From Malacoraja senta (Eukaryota), in NCBI GenBank assembly GCA_038087875.1, contig JAXLNO010004883.1:1-64000 (forward strand): 64,000 bases of DNA, written 5' to 3'. Below are positions 11,590-25,099 of the stretch, piece by piece. Within the stretch, counting starts at the first letter, position 1. Each line of letters opens with the position of its first letter. A program made the position numbers and the translations under genes. Under the pieces are notes generated by a model that did not search any database, was not told where the DNA came from, and saw only the letters and a list, made by a program, of their open reading frames with translations.

Positions 11590-14157
11590 AGAAACATAGA
11601 AACATAGAAAATAGGTGCAGGAGTAGGCTATTCGGCCCTTCGAGCCTGCACCGCCATTCAATATGATCATGGCTGATCATCCAACTCAGTATCCTGTACC
11701 TGCCTTCTCTCCATACCGCCTGATCCCTTTAGCCACAAGGGCCACATCTAACTCCCTCTTAAATATAGCCAATGAACTGGCCTCAACTACCTTCTGTGGC
11801 AGAGAGTTCCAGAGATTCACCACTCTCTGTGTGAAAAAAAAATTCTCATCTCGGTCCTAAAGAATTTCCCCTTATTCCTTAAACTGTGACCCCTTGTCCT
11901 GGACTTCCCCAACATTGGGAACAATCTTCCTGCATCTAGCCTGTCCAACCCCTTAAGAATTTTGTACGTTTCTATAAGATCCCCCCTCAATCTTCTAAAT
12001 TCTAGCGAGTACAAACCGAGTCTATCCAGTCTTTCTTCATATGAAAGTCCTGACATCCCAGGAATCAGTCTGGTGAACCTTCTCTGTACTCCCTCTATGG
12101 CAAGAATGTATTTCCTCATATTAGGAGACCAAAACTGTACGCAATACTCCAGGTGCGGTCTCACCAAGACCCGGTACAACTGCAGTAGAACCTCCCTGCT
12201 CCTATACTCAAATCCTTTTGCTATGAATGCTAACATACCATTCGCCTTCTTCACTGCCTGCTGCACCTGTATGCCTACTTTTAATGACTGGTGTACCATG
12301 ACACCCAGGTCTCGTTGCATCTCCCCTTTTCCTAATCAGCCACCATTCTGATAATAGTCTACTTTCCTGTTTTTGCCGCCAAAGTGGACAACCTCACATT
12401 TATTCACATTATACTGCATCTGCCATGCATTTTCCTACTCAACCAGCCTATCCAAGTCACCTTGCAGCCTCCGAGCATCCTCCTCACAGCTAACACTGCC
12501 CCCCAGCGATGTGTCATCCGCAAACTTGGAGATGTTGCATTCAATTCCCTCGTCCAAATCATTAATATATATCGTAAATAGCTGGGGTCCCAGCACTGAG
12601 CCATAGCGGTACCCCACTAGTCACTGCCTGCCATTGTGTAAAGGACCCGTTTACTCCTACGCTTTGCTTCCTGTCTGCCAGCCAGTTCTCTATCCACATC
12701 AATACTGAACCCCCAATACCGTGTGCTTTAAGTTTGTATACTAATCTCTTATGTGGGACCTTGTCGAAAGCCTTCTGAAAGTCCAGATATAACACATCCA
12801 CTCGTTCTCCCTTATCCACTCTACTAGTTACATCATCGAAAAATTCTATAAGATTCGTCAGACATGATTTACCTTTCATAAATCCATGCTGACTTTGTCC
12901 AATGATTTCACCACTTTCCAAATGTGCTGCTATCCCATCTTTAATAACTGATTCTAGCAGTTTCCCCACTACCGACGTTAGACTAACTGGTCTGTAATTC
13001 CCCGTTTTCTCTCTCCCTCCCTTTTTAAAAAGTGGGGTTACATTAGCTACCCTCCAATCCTCAGGAACTACTCCAGAATCTAAAGAGTTTTGAAAAATTA
13101 TCACTAATGCATCCACTATTTCTGGGGCTACTTCCTTAAGTACTCTGGGATGCAGCCTATCTGGCCCTGGGGATTTATCGGCCTTTAATCCATTCAATTT
13201 ACCTAACACCACTTCCCGGCTAACCTGGATATCACTCAGTTCCTCCATCTCATTTGACCCCCGGTCCCCTGCTATTTCCGGCAGATTATTTATGTCTTCC
13301 TTATTGAAGACAGAACCAAAGTTGTTATTCAATTGGTCTGCCATGTCCTTGTTCCCCATGATCAATTCACCTGTTTCTGACTGCAAGGGACCTACATTTG
13401 TTTTAACTAATCTTTTTCTCTTCACATATCTATAAAAGCTTTTGCAGTCAGTTTTTATGTTCCCTGCCAGTTTTCTTTCATAATCTATTTTCGCTTTCCT
13501 AATTAAGCCCTTTGTCCTCCTCTGCCCGACTCTGAATTTCTCCCAGTCCTCTGGTAGGCTGCTTTTTCTGGCTAATTTGTACGCTTCATCTTTTGTTTTG
13601 ATACTATCCCTGATTTCCCTTGTTATCCACGGATGCACTACCTTCCCTGATTTATTTTTTTGCCAAACTGGGATGAACAATTGTTGTAGTTCATCCATGC
13701 AGTCTTTAAATGCCTTCCATTGCATATCTACCGTCAACCCATTAATAATCAATTGCCAGTCTATCTTGGCCAATTCACTTCTCATACCCTCAAAGTTACC
13801 TTTCTTTAAGTTCAGGACCTTTGTTTCTGAATTAACAATGTCACTCTCCATCCTAATGAAGAACTCAACCATATTATGGTCACTCTTGCCCAAGGGGCCA
13901 CGCACAACAAGACTGCTAATTATCCCTTCCTCATTACTCAATACCCAATCTAGAATAGCCTGCTCTCTCGTTGGTTCCTCTACATGTTGGTTTGGAAAAC
14001 TATCCCGCATACATTCCAAGAAATCCTCTTCCTCAGCACCCCTGCCAATTTGATTCACCCAATCTATATGTAGATTGAAGTCACCCATTATAACTGTTTT
14101 ACCTTTGTTGCACGCATTTCTGATTTCCTGTTTGATGCCATCCCCAACTCCACTACT
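11590..14157 (-). mobile_element. CR1 LINE, 5'-truncated in the endonuclease, inserted in L1 ORF1
   Basis: 536-aa ORF (MGDFNLH, KSDHNMV, NYRPVSLTSVVGK, YLDFQKAFDKVP) continues via frameshifts to FADD and [13 protein letters not shown]. The (AGAAACAT)n tail is at 11590-11610. Confidence 0.97.
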
Positions 14158-17100
14158 TTGAAGGAAGTCCAAGGAAAACTCTTTGTTACAAGATGAACTT
14201 CGTGAACAAAAGGATCAAATTGATATCTTGCGCACCCTGGGACAGGAGAGAGATTTGAAGATTGAAAAATTGGAACGGAGAATGAATGAAAACACTTCAG
14301 CAATACAAGTCTAAAAATATGGACTTAGAAAACAGAAGCCGTCATTTGAATTTACGAATTGTTGGTTTGCCGGAAGGCCAAGAAGGAAATAACGTTATAA
14401 AATATGCTTCTAAAATGATAAAGGAAACATTCAACATTGAGCACAATGAAAACCTTCCGTTCATGGATAAGGCACACAGGATTGGGAAGAAATCCGGTAA
14501 TAAACCGAGACACTTGATCATTCGGTTTAATTTTTTTCAAATGAAGAAGAATATTCTCCAGGCAACAAAAAAGTTGGGTGTGGTTGAATATGAAGGATAT
14601 AAGTTTCGGGTTGTCCCTGATTATAGTTACGAGCTTTTGGAAATAAGAATGACTTTTTATAATGTAATGTCTGATTTGTATAAGAAAAAACTGCGCCCAG
14701 CTCTATTATTTCCAGCTAGATTGCGTATTCGGCTTTTCAATGGTAACTTTCGATTTTTTAACAGTCCTCAAGACGCCTCCAGCTGCGTCTGAAGAGCTAC
14801 GACGAGGAAGGGGAGTAATTGATAGCTGATTAAGTTATAATTGGAGATTTACTGTTCCTATTTTGACAACATTTCGTTTGGTAATGATTAAGAATTTAAC
14901 TGGACGAGTTGTTTTTCTTTTATATATATTCTTTTAAGAATTTCTTTGTTAATTCGTGTTCCCCTGTCGTTAGACAAACTAAGAGAACGCAGTTCTTGTT
15001 TTTCATATTTTGACCTTGGATAATAAAAAGCAGCATTCCATGCCAGTCTGTATTTTTTTTCCTTCTCTCTCAAAGAGATAATAACAAATGTGTTATGACG
15101 TAGTGGTTAAATATTATTCATTTTATGCTGAGCGCTGTTACTGGGAGAGATGGGATTGGGGAGGGGATTAGGTAGTTTGCTGACTGTCTTTTGGTCAGTT
15201 TGGGGTTCTACAGGGCTGGGAGGGGGGAGGGGGCATGGGTCTTTTGTTCCCTATTTAGTGAACTCCATTTGTGCAAATTCTGAACTACAAAGTTGGCTGA
15301 AATGTCATCACTTCTGGCTCCGCCCTAGATTTTTCTACATCCAGTATTATGAACTTTTAGGCTTCAAGAAATTAACCCATTACATCCCACATGATTTTTA
15401 CAAGCAATATGGATAAAGTTACTAATATCCTTTCATGGAATGTGAATGGCTTGAACCATCCCATTATGAGGATTTTTAAAAAAAAAGTTCTTCACAGACT
15501 TAATGCTCAGATTATCTTTGTTCAGCAAACTCATGTAAGGCAAGATGACAAGTCACGATTTTTCAAGTTTTGGAGAGGACAGCAGTTTCATTCAAATTTA
15601 CAGGCTAAGGTGAAAGGTAGTCTCTATTTTTATTTACTCCTCAATTCCGTTTGTTTACCATGAAACAATTTCTGATCCATATGGCAGATTCTTGGTGATT
15701 ACCGCTGTCCTTTTTAGGCAAAAAGTGGCTTTGGTGAATGTCTATGCACCAAATATTGATCACCCTGAGTTGTTTAAACAGTTAATTGCATCCTTTCCTA
15801 ATTTAAATGAACACTTTTTAATAATGGATGGAGACTTCAATTGCTGTTTGAATCCCTCGATTGATAGGTCTACATCTGATCATGTGCTTCCAAATACATC
15901 AGCTAATGTTTTTAATTCTTTTTTACTTGACTCGGGAATGTTAGGAATTTGGAGATTCTTACACGCAAATGACAAAGAATTTTCATTTTTCTCTCATGTA
16001 TTTCATAGTTATTCTAGGATCGACTATTTTATTTTAGATTCTCGGCTAGTTCCATCGGTCATTGCATGCGAGTATGATACAATTGCTATTTCTGATCATG
16101 CACCAGTGAAACTATTGATCAAACTACCTGATTCCAAGTTTAGTGCTAAACAATGGCGATTTAATGCTACTTTGCTTCAAGACTTAAACTTTATTAAGTT
16201 TATGAAAGATCAGATTGCTTTTTACTTCTTGACAAACTCTAATGAAGAGATATCCAATGGTATAGTTTGGGATGCTTTTAAGGCATATATTCGTGGACAA
16301 ATTATTTCATACTCCGCGGGATTAAAAAAAACAGACACAAAAAGGAATACGCACATTGGCTGACGAGATTAAAGAAATTGATAAAAAATATTCAAAAGCT
16401 CCTAGTTTAGAGCTCTATAAGAATAGAGTTGAACTTCAATTGAGATATGATTTGTTATTAGTATCACTGATTGAGAACCAGTTGCTTAAAACCAAAAGTA
16501 AATTTTATATAAATGGCTAAAAATCTGGTAAATTACTTGCTAATCAATTGAAGCAGTGTTGGCCAAGCGTCAGAATACTAAAGTGAGTAAACGGGATGGT
16601 ACAGTAACTGTAGACCATGACGAAATTAATAAATCCTTTCAGGAATTTTATACCTCCCTATACCAATCAGATTTTCCTACTGATTCCAATATAATGCATG
16701 AGTTTTTAAAGAAACTGAACTTACCAAATTTACCATACAATGAGTCTCTGTTGTTAGATGAACCCATCACGGAAGAAGAAATACAGAAAGCAATTTTTCA
16801 ATGAATTCTGGTAAAGCTCCCGGTTTAGATGGGTTAACAGTAGAATTTTTAAAGTATTTCTCAAATTTATTGTCTCAATGGCTATGCAAGGTATTTAAAG
16901 AAGCCTTTTTAAGGAATAGATTACCACAATCTTTTTATGAAGCTTTTATTTCTTTAATTTAAAAAAAAGATAAAGACCCTACTGAAGTGACATCATATAG
17001 ACCTATATCAATGTTAAATGTAGATTTTAAAATTCTTTCCAAAATATTACCTATGAGATTGGAAAAGATTTTACCGCAAATTATCTCTGAAGATCAGACA

Positions 17101-17783
17101 GGTTTTATTAAAAATCGTTACTCATTCTTTAATGTTAGGAGATTAATAAATATTGTATATACAGCATCTAATAAAACCCCAGAATGTGTCATCTCACTTG
17201 ATGCCGAGAAGGCTATTGATAGAGTAGAATGGAATACTTATTCAATATACTTGAAAAAGTTAAGATTGGTCCAAAATGTATCTCTTGGATCAAACTGCTA
17301 TATCTTATACCTCAGGCTTCTGTATTTACTAATAATCAGAGATCCCCTTTTTTCAGGCTCTTTCAAGGTACTAGACAGGGCTGTCCCTTAAGTCCTTTAC
17401 TATTTGATATTGCTTTGGAAACTTTAGCCACTGCTATTAGGGAATCCCCTAATATTTTTGGTGTTGTCCGCGGGAATAAGACACATAAGATATCTCTTGA
17501 TGCAGATGATCTGTTATTATTTATTTCTAACCCTGTGAATTCTATTCCGGCAATAGTAGCATTACTTAATTAATTCAGTAGTTTTTCTGGTTATAAACTA
17601 AATCTTAGTATGGGTGAGCTTCCCCATTAAATAATTTTGTTTCGAGTTATGGACAGTTTCCATTTAGATGGACTACCGAAAGTTTTACTTATTTAGGTAT
17701 TAAGATCACCAAGAAACACAAGGATTTATTTAAAGCTAATTTTATTCCTTTAATTGACCATATTAAACATCAGTTCACTAAAT

Positions 17784-19150
17784 CGGTTCACTGCTTCCTC
17801 TTCCAGTTTGACCCGGTCACCCCTACTGAAATCTCCAAACTCATCAGCTCTTCCAAACCCACTGCCTGCTCCCTTAACCCTCTCCCCACTCCCCTGCTGA
17901 AGTCCTGCCTCCCTGCTCTCTGCCCCTACCTCACTAATCTTTTCAACTCCTCATTGTCCCAAGGAATTGTCCCCTCTGCTTTCAAAACTGCTGCTGTCAC
18001 ACCAATCTTAAAGAAACCTGGTCTTGATCCCTCCTCTCTCATTAACTAACGCCCTATCTCAAACCTCCCCTATCTTTCAAAAACCCTGGAGCGTATCGTC
18101 GCGTCACAACTTCATTCCCACCTCCTCGCGTATAACCTATTCGAACCCCTCCAATCTGGCTTTCGTCCCCTCCATAGCACAGAAACTGCTCTCCTGAAAG
18201 TCCTCAATGACCTCCTTACCTCTGCTGACACTGGCTCCCTCAATATCCTCATCCTCGACCTGAGTGCAGCCTTCGATACCGTCAACAATAACATCCTGTA
18301 ACAAAACAGAATTTCTCCTCATTGGCTCCAAATCAACACTCACTAAAATTAACATCCCCACTCTCATTATTGACGGCACCATTGTCTCCCCATCTCCTCA
18401 GGCCCGCAACCTTGGCGTGATCTTTGACTCAACCCTCTCCCTTGAGCCTCACATCCGCCATGTTGTCAAAACATCATTTTTTCACCTCCGCAACATTGCC
18501 AAAAGCAGATCCTCTCTCACACCCCCCGCTGCTGAAAGACTCATCCATGCCTTCATCTCCTCCCGACTGGACTACTGTAACTCACTTCTCTTTGGAATCA
18601 ATTCCAGCAGCATCAACCGACTCCAACTGGTCCAGAATGCAGCCGCTCGACTCATTACCCACACCAAATCCTGGCACCACATCACCCCAGTTCTCAAAGA
18701 ACTTCACTGGCTTCCCATTTCCCACCGGATCATCTAAAAAATCCTGGTCCTCACCTACAAAGCCCTCAACAACTTGCCCCCCCCCCCTTATCTCACTGAC
18801 CTCCTCTCCCCCTACCAACCCTCACGGTTCCTCAGATCCACATCAGCTGGTCATCTCTCCACTCCGAAATCAAACCTCTACACTTTTGGAAGCAGAGCCT
18901 TCTCCAGGGCAGCTCCCAGGCTCTGGAATTCCCTCCCACAACTGGTCCGAAATTCTGAGTCCCTCACCATCTTCCAGTCCCGCCTCAAGACCCATCTCTT
19001 CATCTCTGCATACCCTTAGTCCCATGTTCCCCTCCCCTTTGCATCTCTGTCTTACTGCTCTATTTTGTTTTGTTTATTCCTGACTCTCAATGTAAAGCGA
19101 CTTTGAGTCCTGAAAAGCGCTGTATAAATAAAATCTATTATTATTATTAT
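17784..19150 (+). mobile_element. L2 LINE 3' part with internal deletion, inserted in L1 ORF2
   Basis: [38 protein letters not shown], then jumps to NKTEFLLIG, RLDYCNSLL, HITPVLKELHWLP, GSRAFSRAAPRLWNSLP. It has a (TAT)n tail and TAAAT duplicated at 17779-17783 / 19151-19155. Confidence 0.93.
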
Positions 19151-21009
19151 TAAATGGTCACCAAAGTCCTTGTCCTTAATTGGCCGAATCAATGCTATTA
19201 AAATGTTCATTTTACCTAAATTTCTGTATATATTTCAGACGATACCAATTTTTATTTCCAAATCTTTCTTTGATATTATAGACTCTAAAATTTCTTCATA
19301 TATATGGCAGAGTAAAAATCCCAGACTAGGTAAAAAATACCTACAGAAATCAAAAAAAGTTGGTGGTTTGGCATTGCCGAACCTTAGACTCTACTATTGG
19401 GCAGTCAATGTTTGTTATTTAACATTTTGGACAAAAGATTTAGAAGATACCTAATGCCCTGGATGGATAAACCTAGAACGTGATTCCTTACAAGGGCTAT
19501 AATTGGCTTCTATTCTAGGGACCTCGTTACCTTTTACAATTATGAGATTGAATAAATATATGACTAACCCAATAATAAGACATACGTTCCGAATACGGTT
19601 TCAATTTCGTAAGTTTTTTGGACTATCTGATTTTATCCAAATTTCTCTTCCAACCATCTAGTACTGATCAAGTTTTTTTGTTATGGAAGAGGAAGGGATT
19701 AGTAGCTTTTCGTGATTTGATTTTGGAGGGTTGTTTTATGTCTTTCGAACTCTCCAATAAATATAACTTACCTACTTCACATTTTTTTTTATATTTACAA
19801 ATTAGACAAAAGGAACTACTCCTTTTTCCGCTACCACATCAACCCGAAATTTGGGATTTTTTTTAACAGTTGAACCCTTATCAGAAAGGATTAATAACGA
19901 CTATTCATGAGATGATTTTAGAATTACAAATAGATACATTTGATAAAATTAAGAATGACTGGGAATGAGAACTCCAAATTTCTTTATAGAGAAATGGGAG
20001 AGGATCCTTCAATTAGTTAATACCTCTTCAATGTGTGCAAGACACGCTTTGATACAATTTGAGGTGGTCCACAGAGCTCATATGTCAAAAGATAAGTTAG
20101 CTCGTTTTTCTGGTCATATAAATCCTACCTGTGACAGATGTAACTCTGAAGTGGCATCACTGACCCATATGTTTTGGTCCTGCCCTCTTTTGGAAAAATA
20201 TTGGAAAGAAATTGTTGATACTATTTCGGTAGTCTTAGGTATAGATTTACAACCTCATCCTATTACTGCAATTTTTGGGTTACCAATGTTAGATTCTATT
20301 CATTTGTCCCACTCCGCCCATCGGTTGATTGCTTTTACCACATAAATTGCCAGAAGATTTATTTTCTTTAAATGGAAAGATTCCAACCCTCCGACCACAC
20401 TCCAGTGGTATTCTGAAACGATATCATGTTTAAATTTAGAAAAAATCAGGTGACATTGTTGAACCCTTGGTTAAATTTGATAAGACTTGGGGAAATTTTA
20501 TTGAACACTTTCATACAACATAAATTGATCCCTCTTTAACCGTTATAAAAATTATTTTACCTTCATAGGGTGGAATGGACGACGACAAACATACTTAAAT
20601 TGTTGAATTTCTCAGTTCAGATTCGGTTTTGCTCTGTTTTGTTTGTTTTATTTATTTATTTTATTTTTATTCTTATTTTATTATTATCAAATTTTAAAAA
20701 CTTTTTTTTAGTTTAGGGGGGTTTTGTTTTTTCTTTTTCTTTTTGTCTTTTTATCTTTCCTTTTTTTTACATTTATGTTTCCTTTTAAAGATTTAACTAT
20801 ATTTATATAGAGACCGAGAGGTCTATATTCATTGTGTATTTTGACACTGGTCTCATATTAGTTTATACCTGTTATTAATGTGTTTAATCCTGATCCCTAT
20901 GTATCAATACCATTGTTATGTTTATCATTATTCTTTTTGCTCTGTTTTTTATGTTTTATTTTTGTTTTTGTTTTTTGGAAAAAAAACAATAAAAAAATTG
21001 TAAAAGAAA

Positions 21010-21545
21010 GGTACTGAATAAAAAAGTTGGGATGTTCTGCTACAGTTGTACAAGATGTTGGTGAGGCCACATTTGGAGTATTGTGTTAAGTTTTGGTCAC
21101 TCCACTATCGGAAGGATGTCATTAACAGGGCCTGCGATTCAGGGAGAGGATGACAATGCTTGGACTTTAGTCCTTGGCACGCAAGAGGCTGAGGGGTGAT
21201 CTTATAGAAGTTTATAAAATCAAGGAGCATAGATAGATTGATTGCACAGAATCTTTTAACCAGCCTTATGTAATCAAGAACCAGAGGACTTAGGTTTAAG
21301 GTGAGAAGGAAACGAGTTACTCGGAACCAGAGGAAGTGGAAATATGGAAGAACATTCCAGGGGAAGGAGTTGAGGCAGGTATTAAAAAACATTTAGAACA
21401 CACTTGGACAGGTACATGCTGTAGATAGGAAAGGTTCAGTGAGATATGGGTCAATTGCAGGACAATTGTAGTTTAAACATGGCATCTTGGTTGGCATGGC
21501 CAAGTTGAGGCAAAGGGCCCATTTCCATGCCGTATGACTCTATGG
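21010..21545 (+). mobile_element. CR1 LINE 3' fragment, decayed
   Basis: cagttgtacaagatgttggtgaggccacatttggagtattgtg... followed by the typical CR1 3' region. Confidence 0.75.
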
Positions 21546-22289
21546 CTCCGTGGGCTTGAAAAGCCAATTCTTTTCCGTTTCACTGCTAAATGATAGTTAA
21601 TCACCCTCACTAATAGTGACCACGATGGCAGACCCATGACCATGACTGGTTTACAGTGATAATAAGCTAACCATTGCCTCAGTTCAAATATGCATGTCGT
21701 TGATGTTCAATGACTAAATTGTTGCTGCATTCTTAGTTTTGGCAAGGTTCTGATCTGGGTGCTGGAGATGTTAGACATCTTGATACCATGAAAGCAGAAT
21801 CTCAATTTCAGGAAATATACTTGCTGAATGGTGTCTCAGACCAGCAATGCCTGGGAACATTGTATTTTGAAGAGGAAATTATACACAACCAAGGCCAAGT
21901 GCTCGAGAAAGCTGCACGTCTGTTATTTCAATGAAAACTCTGCTCTTCATCCATCCTGTCATTTTGATCACCCAGTTTAGTTTATAACATTGTATAACAT
22001 TTGCAATCAATTCTCACAGTTTATGACATTTACAGCTGGCGTGAAGATGCATCAGTCAATACCTCCTGTCTTCCAATTTAGTTTATTTAATAGAAAGATA
22101 GAAACATAAAAAAATAGGTGCAGGAATAGGCTATTCGGCCCTTTGAGCCAGCACCGCCATTCAATACAATCATGGCTGATCATCCAAAATTAATACTCCG
22201 ATCTGGCTTTTTCCCCATATCCCTTGACTCCCTTAGCCCTAAGAGCTAAATCTAACTCTCTCTTGAAAACAGTGATACAGTGTGTAAAC

Positions 22290-22565
22290 AGGCCATTTGT
22301 GCCACCAAATCCATACTAACCAACAATCACCCATTCATAATAGATTTCCCATCCACCCCTACACTATCAGGGTGACTTACCGAGGATGATTACCTGCACA
22401 CCTGCTCATCTTTGGGATATGGGAGGAAACCGGAGCTCCCTGAGGAAGCCAACATAGTCACAAGGAGAACGTGCAAACTCCACGTAGACAGTACCCGAGG
22501 TCCAGATTGAACCTGGGTCTCTGGCGTTGTGAGACAGCAGTTCTACCAGCTGCACTACCATGCTG
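22290..22565 (-). mobile_element. V-SINE (HE1-like)
   Basis: Reverse-complement V-domain (gggaggaaaccggag...ggagaacgtgcaaactccacgtagac) and B-box region (gaacctgggtctctggcg). Confidence 0.78.
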
Positions 22566-23459
22566 CATTATGTACAAACTCTAAATCCTACACTGACTTT
22601 CCCTTCCACTTGTTATATTCAACACAATAACTCCTTTACACAGGAGGAAAGTGAACTGCAATTCATCACCAGAATATATCTTACAACAGTGTGATCACAG
22701 GCAAGAAACCAGTGATATAGATTACACTAAAACCCTGATCATCCAGCTCTCTTGGGATTTGGGAAATGGTAGATTTTAAGGACTGCTGCATGTTACTCCA
22801 AACATACTTTAAGTCATCTAATTTAAGCACTTGTTGAGCAAGTCAGTGGTTGAGGTGCATCTGTACACTACTGTCAGACTTAAGCGGAGGAATACCCATT
22901 GTAATTTGCCTGGAGAGTCTCGAACCAGATTGTCACCTATCCATGGTCTCCAGGGATGTTGCCTGACCTGCTGAGTTACTATAGCACTGACCCTCACAGT
23001 CTTTCCCAATCTTATAAATAAAAAATAGTCAACATCTTTCTACATCATATAGAGTCATGGAAATATGCAGCATACAAACATGGCCTTTGTCCCACTGACC
23101 TGCACCAACCATTCATGTACACTAATCCTATAGTTGTCCCACATTCTCATCAGCTCTCCCCACATTGTATCATGCACAATCTAGGGGACAACTAACCTAC
23201 CAAACAATGTTTTGGGGATGTGGGAGGAAACCAGAGCACCTGGGGAAACCCACATGGTCACAGGAACAACATGCAAACTCTACAGATACAACAGCCGATG
23301 TCGGTATTTAATTCAGGTCTCTGTCTCTGTGCTGTCCTGTTTCACATTGTAGTCCACCTGTCATGTTGTTGCTCATTCATTCGGCTTTCCACCTTGAACC
23401 ATTTCTCCCACTACTCACATTCCCACTTAATTTGGAGTTTTCCAGCAACAGTGGCCTTG

Positions 23460-23765
23460 GTGGCAGCTACTGTGTGCAGCGGTAGAGTTGCTGCCTTACA
23501 GTGCTTGCAGCACCGGAGACCCGGGTTCGATCCCGACTACTGATGCTGTCTGTACAGAGTTTGTACGTTCTCCCCGTGACCGCGTGGGTTTTCTCCGAGA
23601 TCTAAGGTTTCCTCCCACACTCCAAAGACGTACAGGTATGTAGGTTAATTGGCTTGGTGTGCGTGTATAGGATAGTGTTAATGTGCGGGGATCGCTGGTC
23701 AGCGCAGACTCGGTGGGCCTAAGGACCTGTTTCGTCACTGTATCTCTAAATTAAACTAAAACAAA
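23460..23765 (+). mobile_element. V-SINE (HE1-like), best-preserved copy
   Basis: A-box-like gtgcagcggtagagttgctgcc, B-box GGGTTCGATCCC, V-domain gagtttgtacgttctccccgtgaccgcgtgggttttctccg...cctcccacactccaaagacg, and tail tctctaaattaaactaaa. Confidence 0.88.
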
Positions 23766-23839
23766 ACTAGTAAACGTTAAACTGCAACCAATCTGCCTCA
23801 TAGCTGACTTGGATTATGAGCAGTGGGAGCCCCCAACAG

Positions 23840-24155
23840 AGCAGCACAGTGTCACATCTCGTAGAGCTGCTGCCTCACAGCGACACAGACCCGGGTTCAA
23901 TTTTGACCTTGAGTGCCATCTATGTGGAGTTTGCACGTTCTCCATGTAACCGCATTGGATCCCTCCAGGGGCTCCGGTTTCCTCACACATCCTAAGATGT
24001 GTCAGTTTATAGTTTAATTGGCCACTGTAAATTGCCCCTAGTGGGTGGGTGACTGGATGAGAAGGTGCAATGAGATAGAATTCATGAGAATACGTGGTTG
24101 GTGGTTGGCATGGACACGGTGGGCCGAAAGGACTGCTTGCATGCTGTACTTTTTA
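23840..24155 (+). mobile_element. V-SINE (HE1-like)
   Basis: gctgctgcctcacagcg...ccgggttcaattttgacc...tgtggagtttgcacgttctcc...ctccggtttcctcacac. Confidence 0.8.
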
Positions 24156-24383
24156 ATGACTCATTGATATTTCTAGGATTTGGGGCAGTGAATCCACAAT
24201 GTATAACATTTTTTTACACTGAATTCACAATTTTTAAATATCTGATTATCAGAAACATTTAACAACAGCACAAAGGCTAGTTGACAGTGGTGACTGTCGA
24301 GGCATTTCATGTGTAGCTGCTGCCTTATCCTACTTGACATTGATCATTTCTTCAAGCCCAATACCTTTACTAGCAACAGTGCA

Positions 24384-24511
24384 TCACAATTTTTCCATCT
24401 TAGCTCTCCTCTTTTTTCTCCACCAAACAATTACTGCCAAGACAATAGCCAGCAATATCAGCACACACACGGCAATAAGGCCTATGTGCCTGTCTTTCTT
24501 CCTATTTCCTT
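24384..24511 (-). CDS. Transmembrane and short cytoplasmic-tail exon of an MHC class I-like gene
   Basis: Acceptor ttatttttcAG, phase 1. Encodes (E)GNRKKDRH-IGLIAVCVLILLAIVLAVIVWW-RKKRRAKMEKL*: a 22-aa hydrophobic helix plus a basic stop-transfer stretch. The phase matches the C1 exon donor 2.7 kb upstream. Confidence 0.8.
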
Positions 24512-24577
24512 CTGAAAAATAAGAATGCATAATTTTACAAATCAATTGTTAAGCTGTGCAGCTAAATAGATTGGCAC

Positions 24578-24685
24578 TGTCTGAAGACTTCAGAGTGAAG
24601 AAGGGTCTCGACCCGAAATGCAACCTATTCCTTTTCTCAAGAGATGTTACCTGACCGCTGAGTTACTCCAGCATTTTGTGTCTAT
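24578..24685 (+). mobile_element. Short Penelope-derived element with hammerhead-ribozyme-like core (decayed)
   Basis: gtgaagaAGGGTCTCGACCCgaaatg resembles CUGANGA-stem II-GAAAC-GUC. It is followed by the family body cctattccttttctc..agagatg...gctgagttactccagcattttgtgtc. Confidence 0.6.
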
Positions 24686-25099
24686 CTTTGGCACTTTTCA
24701 AGGTATATAAGATGATATGGTGTTTTGAATCACGGAGTTCTGCAGCATGGCAAAGGGACAATATATGTTCTGTACAACTCTATGATCTATGGCACCATCA
24801 CAGCCACAACTTAATTCAAGAAAGAAGGTGAATTTGAAAGCAGAAAGCTTTAACCCTATATAAACTAACATTTGTTTTGGGGAAAATGCTGGATTCCTTT
24901 CAATAATGGCAGAACATTTAAGTAATAAAAAAACAATAAAGTGCATTATCAGGGCATTAACAGGAAAATTGTAGAAAGAAAGAGATGCAGATACTGATTT
25001 ACACAAAAGCTTTAGTTTAGTTTATTGTCACATGTATTGAGGTACAGTGAAAAGCTTTTGTTACGTGCTAACAAGTCAGTGGAAAGAATATACATAATA

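Larger units (their letters stand above)
11230..21010 (+). mobile_element. Near full-length degenerate L1-clade LINE (ORF1, EN-RT ORF2, 3' UTR) with nested CR1 and L2
   Basis: ORF1 DLENRSRHLNLRIVGLPEG; endonuclease ILSWNVNGLN, GDFN, SRIDYF, SDHAP; RT YRPISMLNVDFKILSK, SLDAEKA, GTRQGCPLSPLLF, ADDLLL; C-terminal CDRC...HMFWSC; AATAAA plus A-rich end near 21000. The 5' boundary is uncertain. Confidence 0.92.
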
